From an uncultured Bacilli bacterium (lineage in GTDB: Bacteria; Bacillota_I; Bacilli_A; RF39; UBA660): 49,042 nt of DNA. Below, one piece after another: positions 37,856-48,584 of the stretch. The notes below the pieces were generated by a model, which saw only the letters and a program-made list of their open reading frames with translations, did not search any database and was not told the origin of the DNA. Numbering within the stretch: the first letter of the stretch is position 1; the number at the start of each line of letters is the position of its first letter. Position numbers and translations under genes: made by a program. The stretch lies in contig CANRJE010000002.1 of NCBI GenBank assembly GCA_947630865.1, positions 1 through 49,042 of the forward strand, in the 5' to 3' direction.

Positions 37856-38518
37856 ATGGCAAGAATAATGATTGTAGAAGATGATTTAATTACGGCTAAT
37901 GAATTAAAAGAACTTTTAGAAAATAATGGCTATCAACCAATTGTATTAAAAGATTTTAAAAATTCATATAATGAAATAATAAATGCAAAACCAGATCTAA
38001 TTCTTTTGGATATTAATATACCTTATTTAAATGGTGAAAAAATTCTTGAAAACTTAAGAAAAGAAATTAATACTCCAATTGTTATGGTTACAAGTAAAAA
38101 TTCTGAGATAGATGAAGCACTTTCTATTTCTTATGGAGCAGATGACTATATAACTAAACCTTATAATCCTAATATTTTATTACTTCGACTAGGTGCTGTT
38201 TTAAAAAGAAGCAACCAAATTTCTAATATTTTAATTTACAAAGATTTAAAAGTAAATATTCAAAAAGGTGTTATAGAAAAAGATAATAAAGAAATTACTT
38301 TAACCAAAAATGAAATGTTAATATTTTCTTATCTTTTAGCAAATCAAAATAAGATTGTTACTCGTGAAGAATTAATGACAACTTTATGGAACAATAATGA
38401 GTTTATAAATGATAATGCTTTAACTGTTAATATTAGCAGATTAAGAAGTAAATTAAGAGATTTAGGATTAGAAGAAATTATTGAAACAAGAAAAAAAGAA
38501 GGATACATATTATTATGA
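37856..38518 (+). CDS. OmpR-family response regulator, BceR-like
   Basis: Receiver domain (IMIVEDD, LILLDINIP, TSK). Winged-helix output (LTKNEMLIFSYLLANQNKIVTREELM..LW). Confidence 0.85.
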   Translation: MARIMIVEDDLITANELKELLENNGYQPIVLKDFKNSYNEIINAKPDLILLDINIPYLNGEKILENLRKEINTPIVMVTSKNSEIDEALSISYGADDYITKPYNPNILLLRLGAVLKRSNQISNILIYKDLKVNIQKGVIEKDNKEITLTKNEMLIFSYLLANQNKIVTREELMTTLWNNNEFINDNALTVNISRLRSKLRDLGLEEIIETRKKEGYILL

Positions 38519-39534
38519 AATTTTCAAAATATATAAAAGATAAACGTTATTTAATTATTATTTTTTTAGTAACTTATATTTTAATTATTTTAAATTTATT
38601 GGCTTATAAAACTGATAAATATTTAATCATTTCCATATCTTTATTATTAATTATCATGGTTTTAAGTTTTTTATTTATTGATTACTTTAGAAAGAAAAAG
38701 TTTTATCAAGAATTAGTAAATAATACAAAAAAGTTAGATAAAGCTTATTTAGTTTTAGAAACAATTTTAAAACCTGATTTTTATGAAGGAGAATTAGTAA
38801 GTGATATTTTATTTGATATTAATAAATCGATGATTGAAAATGTTAAAATTTATGAAGATCAGTTAATAGACTTTAAAGATTATATTGAAATGTGGATACA
38901 TGAAGTTAAAATTCCCCTTGCAAGTTTAGTTTTAACTATAAATAATCATAAAGATAAATATTCAAAAAAAGCCTTAAATAGTTTAAGAAGATTAGAAGAT
39001 TCTATTGATAAAGTTTTATATTATGTTAGAAGTGAAGAATCCTGGAAAGATTATTTTATTAAAGAAGTTAATTTAGGAGATATAATTAAAAACGTTGGAC
39101 TTAAAAATATGGAAGATTTATTAGATAATAAGATTGATTTTAAAGTTTTTAACGTTGATTTTAATGTAGAAACTGATGCTAAGTGGTTAGAATTTATTTT
39201 AAATCAAATTGTAAATAACAGTATTAAATACAAAAGAAATATAAAAAATTCTTATATTAAAATAGAAGCAATTAATGATAAAGATAAAGTAGTTTTAAAG
39301 ATTACAGATAATGGAATAGGAATACCAAAATCTGATTTGAAACAAGTTTTTGATAAAACTTTTACAGGTCAAAATGGAAGATATAAGATAGTATCAACAG
39401 GTATGGGGTTATATATTGCTAAAAGTTTATGTCAAAAGTTAGGTCATGAAATTACAATTGATTCCGTTTTAAATTCTAAAACTGAAGTTTCTATAATATT
39501 TTTTAAAAACAATTATTATGAAGTTTTAAAATGA
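38515..39534 (+). CDS. intramembrane-sensing histidine kinase, BceS-like
   Basis: Two N-terminal TM helices joined by about 5 aa (KTDKY). H-box HEVKIPL. N-box QIVNNSIKY. DNGIGI. GMGLYIAKSL. 4-nt overlap with the RR gene. Confidence 0.85.
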   Translation: MKFSKYIKDKRYLIIIFLVTYILIILNLLAYKTDKYLIISISLLLIIMVLSFLFIDYFRKKKFYQELVNNTKKLDKAYLVLETILKPDFYEGELVSDILFDINKSMIENVKIYEDQLIDFKDYIEMWIHEVKIPLASLVLTINNHKDKYSKKALNSLRRLEDSIDKVLYYVRSEESWKDYFIKEVNLGDIIKNVGLKNMEDLLDNKIDFKVFNVDFNVETDAKWLEFILNQIVNNSIKYKRNIKNSYIKIEAINDKDKVVLKITDNGIGIPKSDLKQVFDKTFTGQNGRYKIVSTGMGLYIAKSLCQKLGHEITIDSVLNSKTEVSIIFFKNNYYEVLK

Positions 39535-39548
39535 TTACAAAATTGTAA
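39535..39548. promoter_or_regulatory. BceR-type response-regulator box candidate upstream of the ABC transporter genes
   Basis: TTACA-AAAT-TGTAA immediately after the HK stop, about 44 nt upstream of TATATT (39592-39597). 12 of 14 positions are identical to the box at 37796. Confidence 0.55.
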
Positions 39549-39616
39549 GATTAAATAATATTAAAAAAACGACAAATAAAAAGAAATATCGTATATTTTA
39601 AGTGAAAGGAGAAATT

Positions 39617-40384
39617 ATGGAAAAAATATTAGAAGTTAAAAATATTGAAAAATATTATGGTAATAAATCTTCTTTAACTAAAGCAATTGATGGTATTTCT
39701 TTTGATATTGAAAAGGGAGAATTTGTTGCTATTATGGGTTCATCGGGAAGTGGCAAAACAACACTTTTAAATTTAGTTTCAACAATAGATAAAGTAACAA
39801 GTGGACATATTTTAGTTGAATGTCTTGATATTACTAAATTAAAGGGAGAAGAATTAAATAAATTCAGAAGAGAACAATTAGGTTTTATCTTTCAAGATTT
39901 TAATTTGTTAGATACGCTTACTGCTTATGAAAATATTGCTCTTTCTTTGGCTATTTTAAATATGCCATACAAAGAAATTGATGAAAAAGTTAGAAAGGTT
40001 GCTAAAGAACTTAACATTTTAGGAGTTTTAGAAAAATATCCTTATGAGATGAGTGGGGGAGAAAAGCAAAGAGTTGCTAGTGCTAGAGCGGTTATTACAA
40101 ATCCAAAATTGATACTTGCTGATGAACCAACTGGGGCACTTGATTCGAAATCTTCAAAGATGTTACTTGAAAAATTTAATTATTTAAATAATGATTTAGG
40201 TGCAACTATTTTAATGGTAACTCATGATGCTTTTACAGCCTCTTACGCTAGTCGTGTAATTTTTATTAAAGATGGAAAGATTTTTAAAGAGATTAATCGA
40301 GGAGATGATAACAGAAAAGAATTCTTTGATAAGATTATAGATGTAGTAACTTTACTTGGTGGTGACTTAAATGATGCTTTGTAA
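39617..40384 (+). CDS. ABC transporter ATP-binding protein, BceA-like
   Basis: Walker [10 protein letters not shown]. Signature [10 protein letters not shown]. Walker [21 protein letters not shown] before ATG 39617. Confidence 0.9.
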   Translation: MEKILEVKNIEKYYGNKSSLTKAIDGISFDIEKGEFVAIMGSSGSGKTTLLNLVSTIDKVTSGHILVECLDITKLKGEELNKFRREQLGFIFQDFNLLDTLTAYENIALSLAILNMPYKEIDEKVRKVAKELNILGVLEKYPYEMSGGEKQRVASARAVITNPKLILADEPTGALDSKSSKMLLEKFNYLNNDLGATILMVTHDAFTASYASRVIFIKDGKIFKEINRGDDNRKEFFDKIIDVVTLLGGDLNDAL

Positions 40385-42446
40385 GTTATCTTTAAAAAAT
40401 ATTAAGAAAAGTATAAAAGACTATGCTATTTACTTTTTTACACTTATTCTAGGAATTTCTATTTTTTATGTTTTTAATGCTTTAGAAAGTCAAACAGTTT
40501 TAATGGATGTATCATCATCTACTAGAGATATTATTAAACTTATGATGACTATTGTTTCAAGCGTTAGTGTTTTTGTTTCGTTTGTCTTAGGTTTCCTAAT
40601 TATTTATGCTTCAAGATTTTTAATGAAAAGAAGAAGCAAAGAGTTTGGTATTTATTTAACCTTAGGAATATCTAAAAGAAAAATTTCAATGATTCTATTT
40701 TTAGAAACACTTTTTATTGGTATTTTATCACTTTTAGTAGGTCTTGGTTTAGGAATTATTGCATCTCAAATTATGAGTTTACTAGTTGCTAATATGTTTG
40801 AGGCTAATCTTACGAAGTTTACTTTTATATTCTCAGCATCATCTGCTATTAAAACAATTATTTATTTTAGTATCATGTATTTAATCGTGATGATTTTTAA
40901 TACCTTAAGTGTTAGTAAATGTAAATTAATTGATTTATTAAATGGAGCTAAAACAAGTGAAAAAGTAAAACTTAAAAATCCTTATCTTTGTATCATTATA
41001 TTTATTATAGCAGTTATTGTACTAGGAAAAGCCTATCATATGGTAACAGCAGAATTTTTAACATTACAAGAAGTTGATGATATCATAAAACCAATTATCA
41101 TGGGTGTAATATCTACATTTTTAATCTTTTGGTCTTTATCAGGCTTAATTTTAAGAATTGTTCAAAGTATAAAAAGATATTACTATAAAGGTCTAAATAG
41201 TTTTACCTTAAGACAATTTTCAAGTAAAATTAACACAACTGTATTTGGGACAACGATTATTTGCTTAATGTTATTTGTAACTATTTGTCTATTATCATCT
41301 TGTCTTACTATCAAAAATTCCATGAATAAAAATATCCGAGAACTTGCACCCGTTGATGCTATGTTTTCCCAAAATATAAATATGAATAAAAATTATGAAT
41401 ATTATAAAAATTATGGATATAATGACTTACAAATCAAGAATTCTAATTATACAGCCAAGGAAATGTTTGAATTATATAATTTTGATATTACTTCTTATTT
41501 TAAAAATTATATAGAAGTAAATACTTATGCAACTAAAGATTTAACAATGAATAATACTTTAGGTTCATTACTAGATTATGTTAGAACTAATTTTCCATTT
41601 TTAGCTTATGATACAATGGAAACAATCATGAAAATAAGTGATTATAATAAAGTAGCTAAGTTTTATGGTATAGATGAATACTTTTTAAATGATAATCAGT
41701 ATATGATTGTTGCTGATTTCAATTCAATGGTTGAAATTAGAAATATTGCTTTAAAAAATAAAGAACAAATTAGTTTATTTGGTCATACTTTAAATCCTAA
41801 ATATGAAAATTGCCAAGATGGCTTTTTAGAAATGTCTAGTAATCATATTAATACAGGAATTATATTAGTTCCTGATAATGTAATCGATGAAGATTATTTA
41901 TTTAAAAATTATTTGATAGGAAATTATAAAACAAGTGATAAAAATGAAATAATAAAAATTGAAAATAGTATAAATGAACTTGATAAAAGTTCTAAAACTA
42001 AAGAATATCTCCTTCCAATTGGTACAACTAAATTATCTATTAAAGAAGCAACCGTTGGATTATCTGCTATGGTAACATTTATTGGTCTTTACTTAGGAAT
42101 TATATTCTTAATTAGTAGTGCAGCCATTTTAGGTTTAAAAGAGTTATCTGAAAGTAGTGATAACAAAGAAAGGTTTAAAATGCTAAGAAAAATAGGTGTT
42201 TCTGAAAAGATGATTAATAAAGCTTTATTTAGACAAATTTTAATTTTCTTTATGTTACCTTTAATTCTTGCAATAATTCATTCAATCTTTGGAATAAAAT
42301 TTGCTATTCAAATATTAGAAGTCTTTGGTAACGAAGAATTATTACCTTCAATTATCATGACTAGTATCTTTTTAGTTTTAATTTATGGAGGATATTTTCT
42401 AATAACCTATAATTCTAGTAAAAATATTATAAAGGAAAGATTCTAA
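40371..42446 (+). CDS. ABC transporter permease, BceB-like (FtsX-domain, 10 TM with a large extracellular domain)
   Basis: About 690 aa. N-terminal LSLKNIKKSIKDYAIYF. Two FtsX-like TM blocks flank a soluble region of about 230 aa. Overlaps the ATPase gene by 14 nt. Confidence 0.85.
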   Translation: MMLCKLSLKNIKKSIKDYAIYFFTLILGISIFYVFNALESQTVLMDVSSSTRDIIKLMMTIVSSVSVFVSFVLGFLIIYASRFLMKRRSKEFGIYLTLGISKRKISMILFLETLFIGILSLLVGLGLGIIASQIMSLLVANMFEANLTKFTFIFSASSAIKTIIYFSIMYLIVMIFNTLSVSKCKLIDLLNGAKTSEKVKLKNPYLCIIIFIIAVIVLGKAYHMVTAEFLTLQEVDDIIKPIIMGVISTFLIFWSLSGLILRIVQSIKRYYYKGLNSFTLRQFSSKINTTVFGTTIICLMLFVTICLLSSCLTIKNSMNKNIRELAPVDAMFSQNINMNKNYEYYKNYGYNDLQIKNSNYTAKEMFELYNFDITSYFKNYIEVNTYATKDLTMNNTLGSLLDYVRTNFPFLAYDTMETIMKISDYNKVAKFYGIDEYFLNDNQYMIVADFNSMVEIRNIALKNKEQISLFGHTLNPKYENCQDGFLEMSSNHINTGIILVPDNVIDEDYLFKNYLIGNYKTSDKNEIIKIENSINELDKSSKTKEYLLPIGTTKLSIKEATVGLSAMVTFIGLYLGIIFLISSAAILGLKELSESSDNKERFKMLRKIGVSEKMINKALFRQILIFFMLPLILAIIHSIFGIKFAIQILEVFGNEELLPSIIMTSIFLVLIYGGYFLITYNSSKNIIKERF

Positions 42447-42452
42447 TTAAAA

Positions 42453-43544
42453 ATGCAATATATAGAAGCAATTAAAACTTCGATTCTTCTTTTTCCAATT
42501 ATTGCTTTAATTATTTTAATACCTTTTCTTTTATATCAATATCATCGATACACATCAATTAACCCCTTAAGAGTTTTTATAATTTATTCAATGATATTAT
42601 ATTTAATAACAATTTACTTTTTAGTAATTTTACCTCTTCCTTCTAAAACTGACGTTATAGAAAAAACTGGTATGATAAGACTTATTCCTTTTACTTTTAT
42701 AAAAGATATCATTTCAAACTCCGAATTCCTTTTAAATGATTCTAGTACTTATTTTAAGTTTTTAACAAAACCAGCCTTCTATACCGTCATTTTTAATATT
42801 ATCATGATGGTTCCTTTAGGTATTTATTTAAAATATTATTTTAACTGTTCTTTAAAGAAAACAATTTTAATAACTTTTCTTTTAAGTCTTTTCTTTGAAT
42901 TAACCCAGTTAAGTGGATTATATTTTATTTATCCTTATCCATACCGTGTCTTTGATGTTGATGATTTAATTATTAATACATTAGGAGGAATATTAGGTTA
43001 TTTTCTTGCTAAGAGATTTTTAAAATTTTTACCTACTCGCGAAGAAATAGATTTTATTTCCTATCAAAAAGGTGAAATTATTTCAGGATTAAGAAGAATT
43101 TTTGTTTTTTTCTTAGATATATTTCTTTATTTAATTATAAGTAGTACTGTGAATTTATTTATAAAATGCAAATATTTATATTTAATAATCTTTTTCCTTT
43201 ATTATGTAATATATCCTTATTTTAAAGAATGTGAGACGTTAGGTAGCAAATTTTTAAAAGTTAGATTAGTTTTTCAAAAAAGACGTTTCTTTAATCTTTT
43301 ATTTAGAATTATTTTCTTATTCATTTATTACTTTGGTATCTTTTATTTTCTGTTAATATTATCTAATATTTTAAAAAGTAATTTAAATTTAGATGTTATA
43401 TTTATATATGCTTTTAATTTTTTTGTAATAATTTTTATTATTTGTTTTTATATTATAAATGGTATTTGTCTTTTAAAAAATAAGAAAATGTTTTATGATA
43501 GGTTATTTAAAGTAGAATATCAAAATATTTTTAGAAAAAGTTAA
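42453..43544 (+). CDS. VanZ-family / RDD-domain fusion membrane protein
   Basis: N-terminal VanZ-like part (IPFTFIKD, NIIMMVPLGIYL, FELTQL, VFDVDDLIINTLGGILGYF). C-terminal part begins GLRRIFVFFLDIFLYLII (RDD-like). 6-nt gap after the permease gene. Confidence 0.6.
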   Translation: MQYIEAIKTSILLFPIIALIILIPFLLYQYHRYTSINPLRVFIIYSMILYLITIYFLVILPLPSKTDVIEKTGMIRLIPFTFIKDIISNSEFLLNDSSTYFKFLTKPAFYTVIFNIIMMVPLGIYLKYYFNCSLKKTILITFLLSLFFELTQLSGLYFIYPYPYRVFDVDDLIINTLGGILGYFLAKRFLKFLPTREEIDFISYQKGEIISGLRRIFVFFLDIFLYLIISSTVNLFIKCKYLYLIIFFLYYVIYPYFKECETLGSKFLKVRLVFQKRRFFNLLFRIIFLFIYYFGIFYFLLILSNILKSNLNLDVIFIYAFNFFVIIFIICFYIINGICLLKNKKMFYDRLFKVEYQNIFRKS

Positions 43545-43574
43545 TTATTTTTAACAGAATGTTAACTTTTTTTT
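43536..43574 (+). terminator. intrinsic terminator ending the Bce-VanZ unit
   Basis: AAAAGTTAA / TTAACTTTT stem, 17-nt loop, then TTTT. Confidence 0.5.
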
Positions 43575-43620
43575 CTAGTTAAAAGGCTTTTAATTTGGTA
43601 TTCTAAAGATGGAGGTGAAA

Positions 43621-44235
43621 ATGAATTTAGGAGAAAAATTAACTAAGTTAAGAAAGGAGAATAAGTTATCTCAAGAAAAACTAGCCGATATTTTAGGAGT
43701 AACAAGACAAACACTTTCAAATTGGGAAAGTGATATTACATCACCTGATTTAAAACAAGCTAAGAAAATTTCTGAAATATTTGAAGTATCTCTTGATGAA
43801 TTAACAGGTTGTCAAAATTTCTTGGAAAAGAAAATATTAAATACTGAAAAATTAGCCAAAAAGCAAGTTAAATTTACAAAAGTTTTACTATTAACAATTT
43901 ATATTTTAGTTTTAATAGGTTTACTGTCATTAGGAATTTATTGTTTTACTTTAAGAGATTTTACTAAGCCTTATCAAGAGAACTTCCTATGTGAACATGG
44001 TGATGAAAAAATTTCTATTTCTTTAAGTGGGGGAGGTAATCTTTATTATGATGAAGAAAAGCATGAAGAAATTTCAACAGGAGATATATGGAAAGTGATA
44101 GCAATTTCATATGAAGGTGATGATAAAGATGGTATAAAAACCGAAATGAGTGCAGGTTATTCTTATAAAGATGCTATTGAATCTCTTAACTACATTAAAA
44201 AAGCAATTGTTAGTTTAGGTGGAACTTGTCGTTAG
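43621..44235 (+). CDS. membrane-tethered XRE-family HTH regulator (small extracytoplasmic domain)
   Basis: HTH LSQEKLADILGVTRQTLSNWES. TM VLLLTIYILVLIGLLSLGIYCF. GGAGGTG RBS before ATG 43621. Confidence 0.75.
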   Translation: MNLGEKLTKLRKENKLSQEKLADILGVTRQTLSNWESDITSPDLKQAKKISEIFEVSLDELTGCQNFLEKKILNTEKLAKKQVKFTKVLLLTIYILVLIGLLSLGIYCFTLRDFTKPYQENFLCEHGDEKISISLSGGGNLYYDEEKHEEISTGDIWKVIAISYEGDDKDGIKTEMSAGYSYKDAIESLNYIKKAIVSLGGTCR

Positions 44236-44241
44236 TATAAG

Positions 44242-44284
44242 TTAGTTTAAATATCTTTAATAGTTATTTAAACTAATTTTTTTT
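44242..44284 (+). terminator. intrinsic terminator
   Basis: Perfect 12-bp stem TTAGTTTAAATA / TATTTAAACTAA, 11-nt loop, T8. Confidence 0.8.
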
Positions 44285-44354
44285 ATAAAATTTAAGTGGA
44301 ACTAAAGACTTTTTCTAAAGAATTTGATACAATTATTTTAGAGTGGGAGATAAA

Positions 44355-44840
44355 ATGAAACATAAAAAATTAATGATAATTATCTCGATTATTTTAATTT
44401 TAATTGGTTTAGTTTTGATAATAAAATCTAATGTTAAAAGTAAAAACGATGATAAAAAATCATATGATATTTTAGATAAAAATGAAAGTGAAGATAGAAG
44501 TATGGAAATAATTATAAATAATAAAACTTATGATGTTCTTTTAGAAAATAATGAAACAGTTAAAGAACTATTAGAAAAATTACCAGATAAAGTAATGATG
44601 ACGGAGTTAAATGGCAATGAAAAGTATTATTATTTTAATACAAGTTTTAAAAGTAATCCTGAAAATATTTCTTTAATTGAAACAGGAGACGTAATGTTAT
44701 ATGGGGATAATTGTTTAGTAATATTTTATAAAGATTTTAAAACATCTTATAAATATACAAGAATTGGAAAAATTAAAAATCCTATAGATTTAGAAAAAAA
44801 TCTAGGAGATAAAGAGGTTGAAGTTAGTTTTAAAAAATAA
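44355..44840 (+). CDS. membrane-anchored cyclophilin-like-fold protein (Cyclophil_like2-type)
   Basis: Signal anchor LMIIISIILILIGLVLII. IIINNKTYDVLLENNETVKELLEKLP, MTELNGNEKYYYF, GDVMLYGDNCLVIFYKDFKTSYKYTRIGKI. Family call from memory. Confidence 0.6.
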   Translation: MKHKKLMIIISIILILIGLVLIIKSNVKSKNDDKKSYDILDKNESEDRSMEIIINNKTYDVLLENNETVKELLEKLPDKVMMTELNGNEKYYYFNTSFKSNPENISLIETGDVMLYGDNCLVIFYKDFKTSYKYTRIGKIKNPIDLEKNLGDKEVEVSFKK

Positions 44841-44851
44841 GATGGTGATTT

Positions 44852-45502
44852 ATGAAAATAGTATTAAAAAAGGTTAAAGATTTAATTTTAAAAAATTTAA
44901 AATGGATAATATTATTTCTTTCATTGATAGAATTTCTTTGGTTACTAGAAGGAGTATTTAGTGAAGAAATTTTAGATTTTGATTTAAAAGGATATACACT
45001 TATTAAAACTTATTTGATGAGTGATTTTACAACTAGTGTTTTTAAAGTTATAACTAATTTAGGTGGAGGATTATTTATAATTATTTTAGCTTTTTCTTTA
45101 TTTTTAATTATTAAAAGAAGAGAAGTAGGTTTAGTAATATTTGCTAATCTCGGAATTATAACACTTTTAAATTTACTATTAAAAAATATTGTTTCACGAC
45201 CTAGACCAAGTGATTTTAGGATAATAGAAGAGAGTGGTTATAGCTTTCCATCTGGACATTCAATGATTAGTATGGCTTTTTATGGTTTATTAATTTATTT
45301 AATATATAAAAACTTTAAGAATAAATATATCAAGTGGTCTTTAATTGTTGTTTTAAGTTTATTAATTATTTTAATTGGTATTAGTCGTGTTTATTTAGGT
45401 GTTCATTATTTAAGTGATGTTTTAGCAGGATTTTTATTAGCAATTTCTTATTTAATCATTTATATAAGTGTTATAAATAAATATATTTTAGAAAGGAAGT
45501 AA
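44852..45502 (+). CDS. PAP2-family phosphatase, BcrC-like (probable undecaprenyl-diphosphate phosphatase)
   Basis: KNIVSRPRP (Kx6RP), PSGHS and SRVYLGVHYLSD (SRx5Hx3D) motifs. Polytopic. Confidence 0.8.
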   Translation: MKIVLKKVKDLILKNLKWIILFLSLIEFLWLLEGVFSEEILDFDLKGYTLIKTYLMSDFTTSVFKVITNLGGGLFIIILAFSLFLIIKRREVGLVIFANLGIITLLNLLLKNIVSRPRPSDFRIIEESGYSFPSGHSMISMAFYGLLIYLIYKNFKNKYIKWSLIVVLSLLIILIGISRVYLGVHYLSDVLAGFLLAISYLIIYISVINKYILERK

Positions 45503-45503
45503 G

Positions 45504-45905
45504 ATGATGAAATTATTTAGAAAAAAGATAAGAAAACCTAAAGTAAAAAAGTTAATTAACAGTTTTAAGTATGCTTTTAGTGGTATTTTAAGTTCTATTA
45601 AGTCTGAAAGAAATATGAAAATTCATTTAGGGTTTTTAGTTGCTGTAGTCATTTCCGGAATAATTTTTAAAATCAGTTATTATGAGTGGCTTATTTGCTT
45701 AATTTTATTTGCTATTGTTTTAGCAGGTGAAATGATTAATACATCTATTGAAACTGTAGTTGATATGCTAATGCCTTATCAAGACGATAAAGCAAAACTT
45801 GCCAAAGATATATCAGCTGGTGCTGTTTTAGTTTTAACTTTTATTTCAGCTTTAATTGGTTTAATAATTTTTATTCCTAAATTTTTAGAAATGATAGGGT
45901 TATAG
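45504..45905 (+). CDS. dgkA: DgkA-family lipid kinase (undecaprenol / diacylglycerol kinase)
   Basis: FKYAFSGILSSIKSERNMKIH, AGEMINTSIETVVD, three TM helices, about 130 aa. Confidence 0.8.
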   Translation: MMKLFRKKIRKPKVKKLINSFKYAFSGILSSIKSERNMKIHLGFLVAVVISGIIFKISYYEWLICLILFAIVLAGEMINTSIETVVDMLMPYQDDKAKLAKDISAGAVLVLTFISALIGLIIFIPKFLEMIGL

Positions 45906-45909
45906 TATT

Positions 45910-46659
45910 ATGAATGAGTTTAATAAAACTTTTCTTCTAGAAATGATAAAATCACCAATCGTTATTGCTTTTATTATTATAGGTTTATTTGGTTTATTTT
46001 TTTATAAAAAATTTCGTGGATTCATGGGAGAATTTTGGGTTCGAAAAGAATTATCAAAATTACCTAAAAAGGAATATTATGTTTTAAATAATATAATGTT
46101 AGAAAGTAGCAGAGGAATGCATCAAATAGATCATATTGTTGTTTCTAAATATGGCATTTTTGTTATTGAAATGAAAAACTTTTTTGGTCTTATTAAAGGA
46201 AATGAATATGATAAAAAGTGGATTCAACAATTTCATAATAAGAAGTATTATTTTCAAAATCCCATTCATCAAAATTATGGACATCTTCAGGCTTTAATAG
46301 AAATATTAGGATTACAAAAAGATGTTTTTATTCCAATTGTTTGTATTTCAAATCAAGCTAACTTAAAAGTAAAAACTACGAGTAATGTAGTTCAATTAGA
46401 TTTTTTAATTTCTTTAATAAAATCTTATCAAACTGTTATTGTAAATTGTGATTTGCAAACAATTAAAACAAAATTAGAAATGTTAAATATTAAAGATTAT
46501 AAAAAAAGACGTCTGCATATTTCAAATATTAAAGAAAATGTTAAAAATGAAGATATGATTTGTCCAAAATGTGGTGGTAAATTAATTGAAAAAAATGGTA
46601 AATATGGTAAATTTGTTGGTTGTAGTAATTTTCCTAAATGTCGTTTTGTAAAAAAATGA
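45910..46659 (+). CDS. NERD-domain protein with N-terminal TM and C-terminal topoisomerase-type C4 zinc ribbon
   Basis: GEFWVRKEL, HQIDHIVVSKYGIFVIEMKN (NERD core). CPKCGGKLIEKNGKYGKFVGCSNFPKCRF. Confidence 0.75.
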   Translation: MNEFNKTFLLEMIKSPIVIAFIIIGLFGLFFYKKFRGFMGEFWVRKELSKLPKKEYYVLNNIMLESSRGMHQIDHIVVSKYGIFVIEMKNFFGLIKGNEYDKKWIQQFHNKKYYFQNPIHQNYGHLQALIEILGLQKDVFIPIVCISNQANLKVKTTSNVVQLDFLISLIKSYQTVIVNCDLQTIKTKLEMLNIKDYKKRRLHISNIKENVKNEDMICPKCGGKLIEKNGKYGKFVGCSNFPKCRFVKK

Positions 46660-46718
46660 CATCTTTTTATCTATATCATAATCTTTTTTTAATGAATTTC
46701 TAATTTACTTTTAACCAT

Positions 46719-46760
46719 AAAAAAATTCCTTCTATATAAAATATAAACGGAATTTTTTTT
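46719..46760. terminator. bidirectional intrinsic terminator between the convergent NERD gene and pyrG
   Basis: AAAAAATTCC / GGAATTTTTT stem with A-run and T-run flanks and a 19-nt loop. Confidence 0.6.
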
Positions 46761-46784
46761 ATAATTTTTTAAATTTATTATTTT

Positions 46785-48430
<1,646 letters not shown>

Positions 48431-48495
48431 TAAAAATAACTAATTTGTTTAGTAGTTTAAAAGAATTTGTCTAAATTTAACAATAAAAAAAAATA

Positions 48496-48524
48496 TTGTC
48501 AACATATCAGACATTTGCTATAAT
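48496..48524 (+). promoter_or_regulatory. sigma-A promoter of small-peptide cassette 1
   Basis: TTGTCA, 17-nt spacer, TGCTATAAT (extended -10). Confidence 0.6.
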
Positions 48525-48584
48525 GACTTTGGAACATTTAATTGTTGGGTGATGCCAAACTTCTTAATGAAGGGAGGCGATAGT

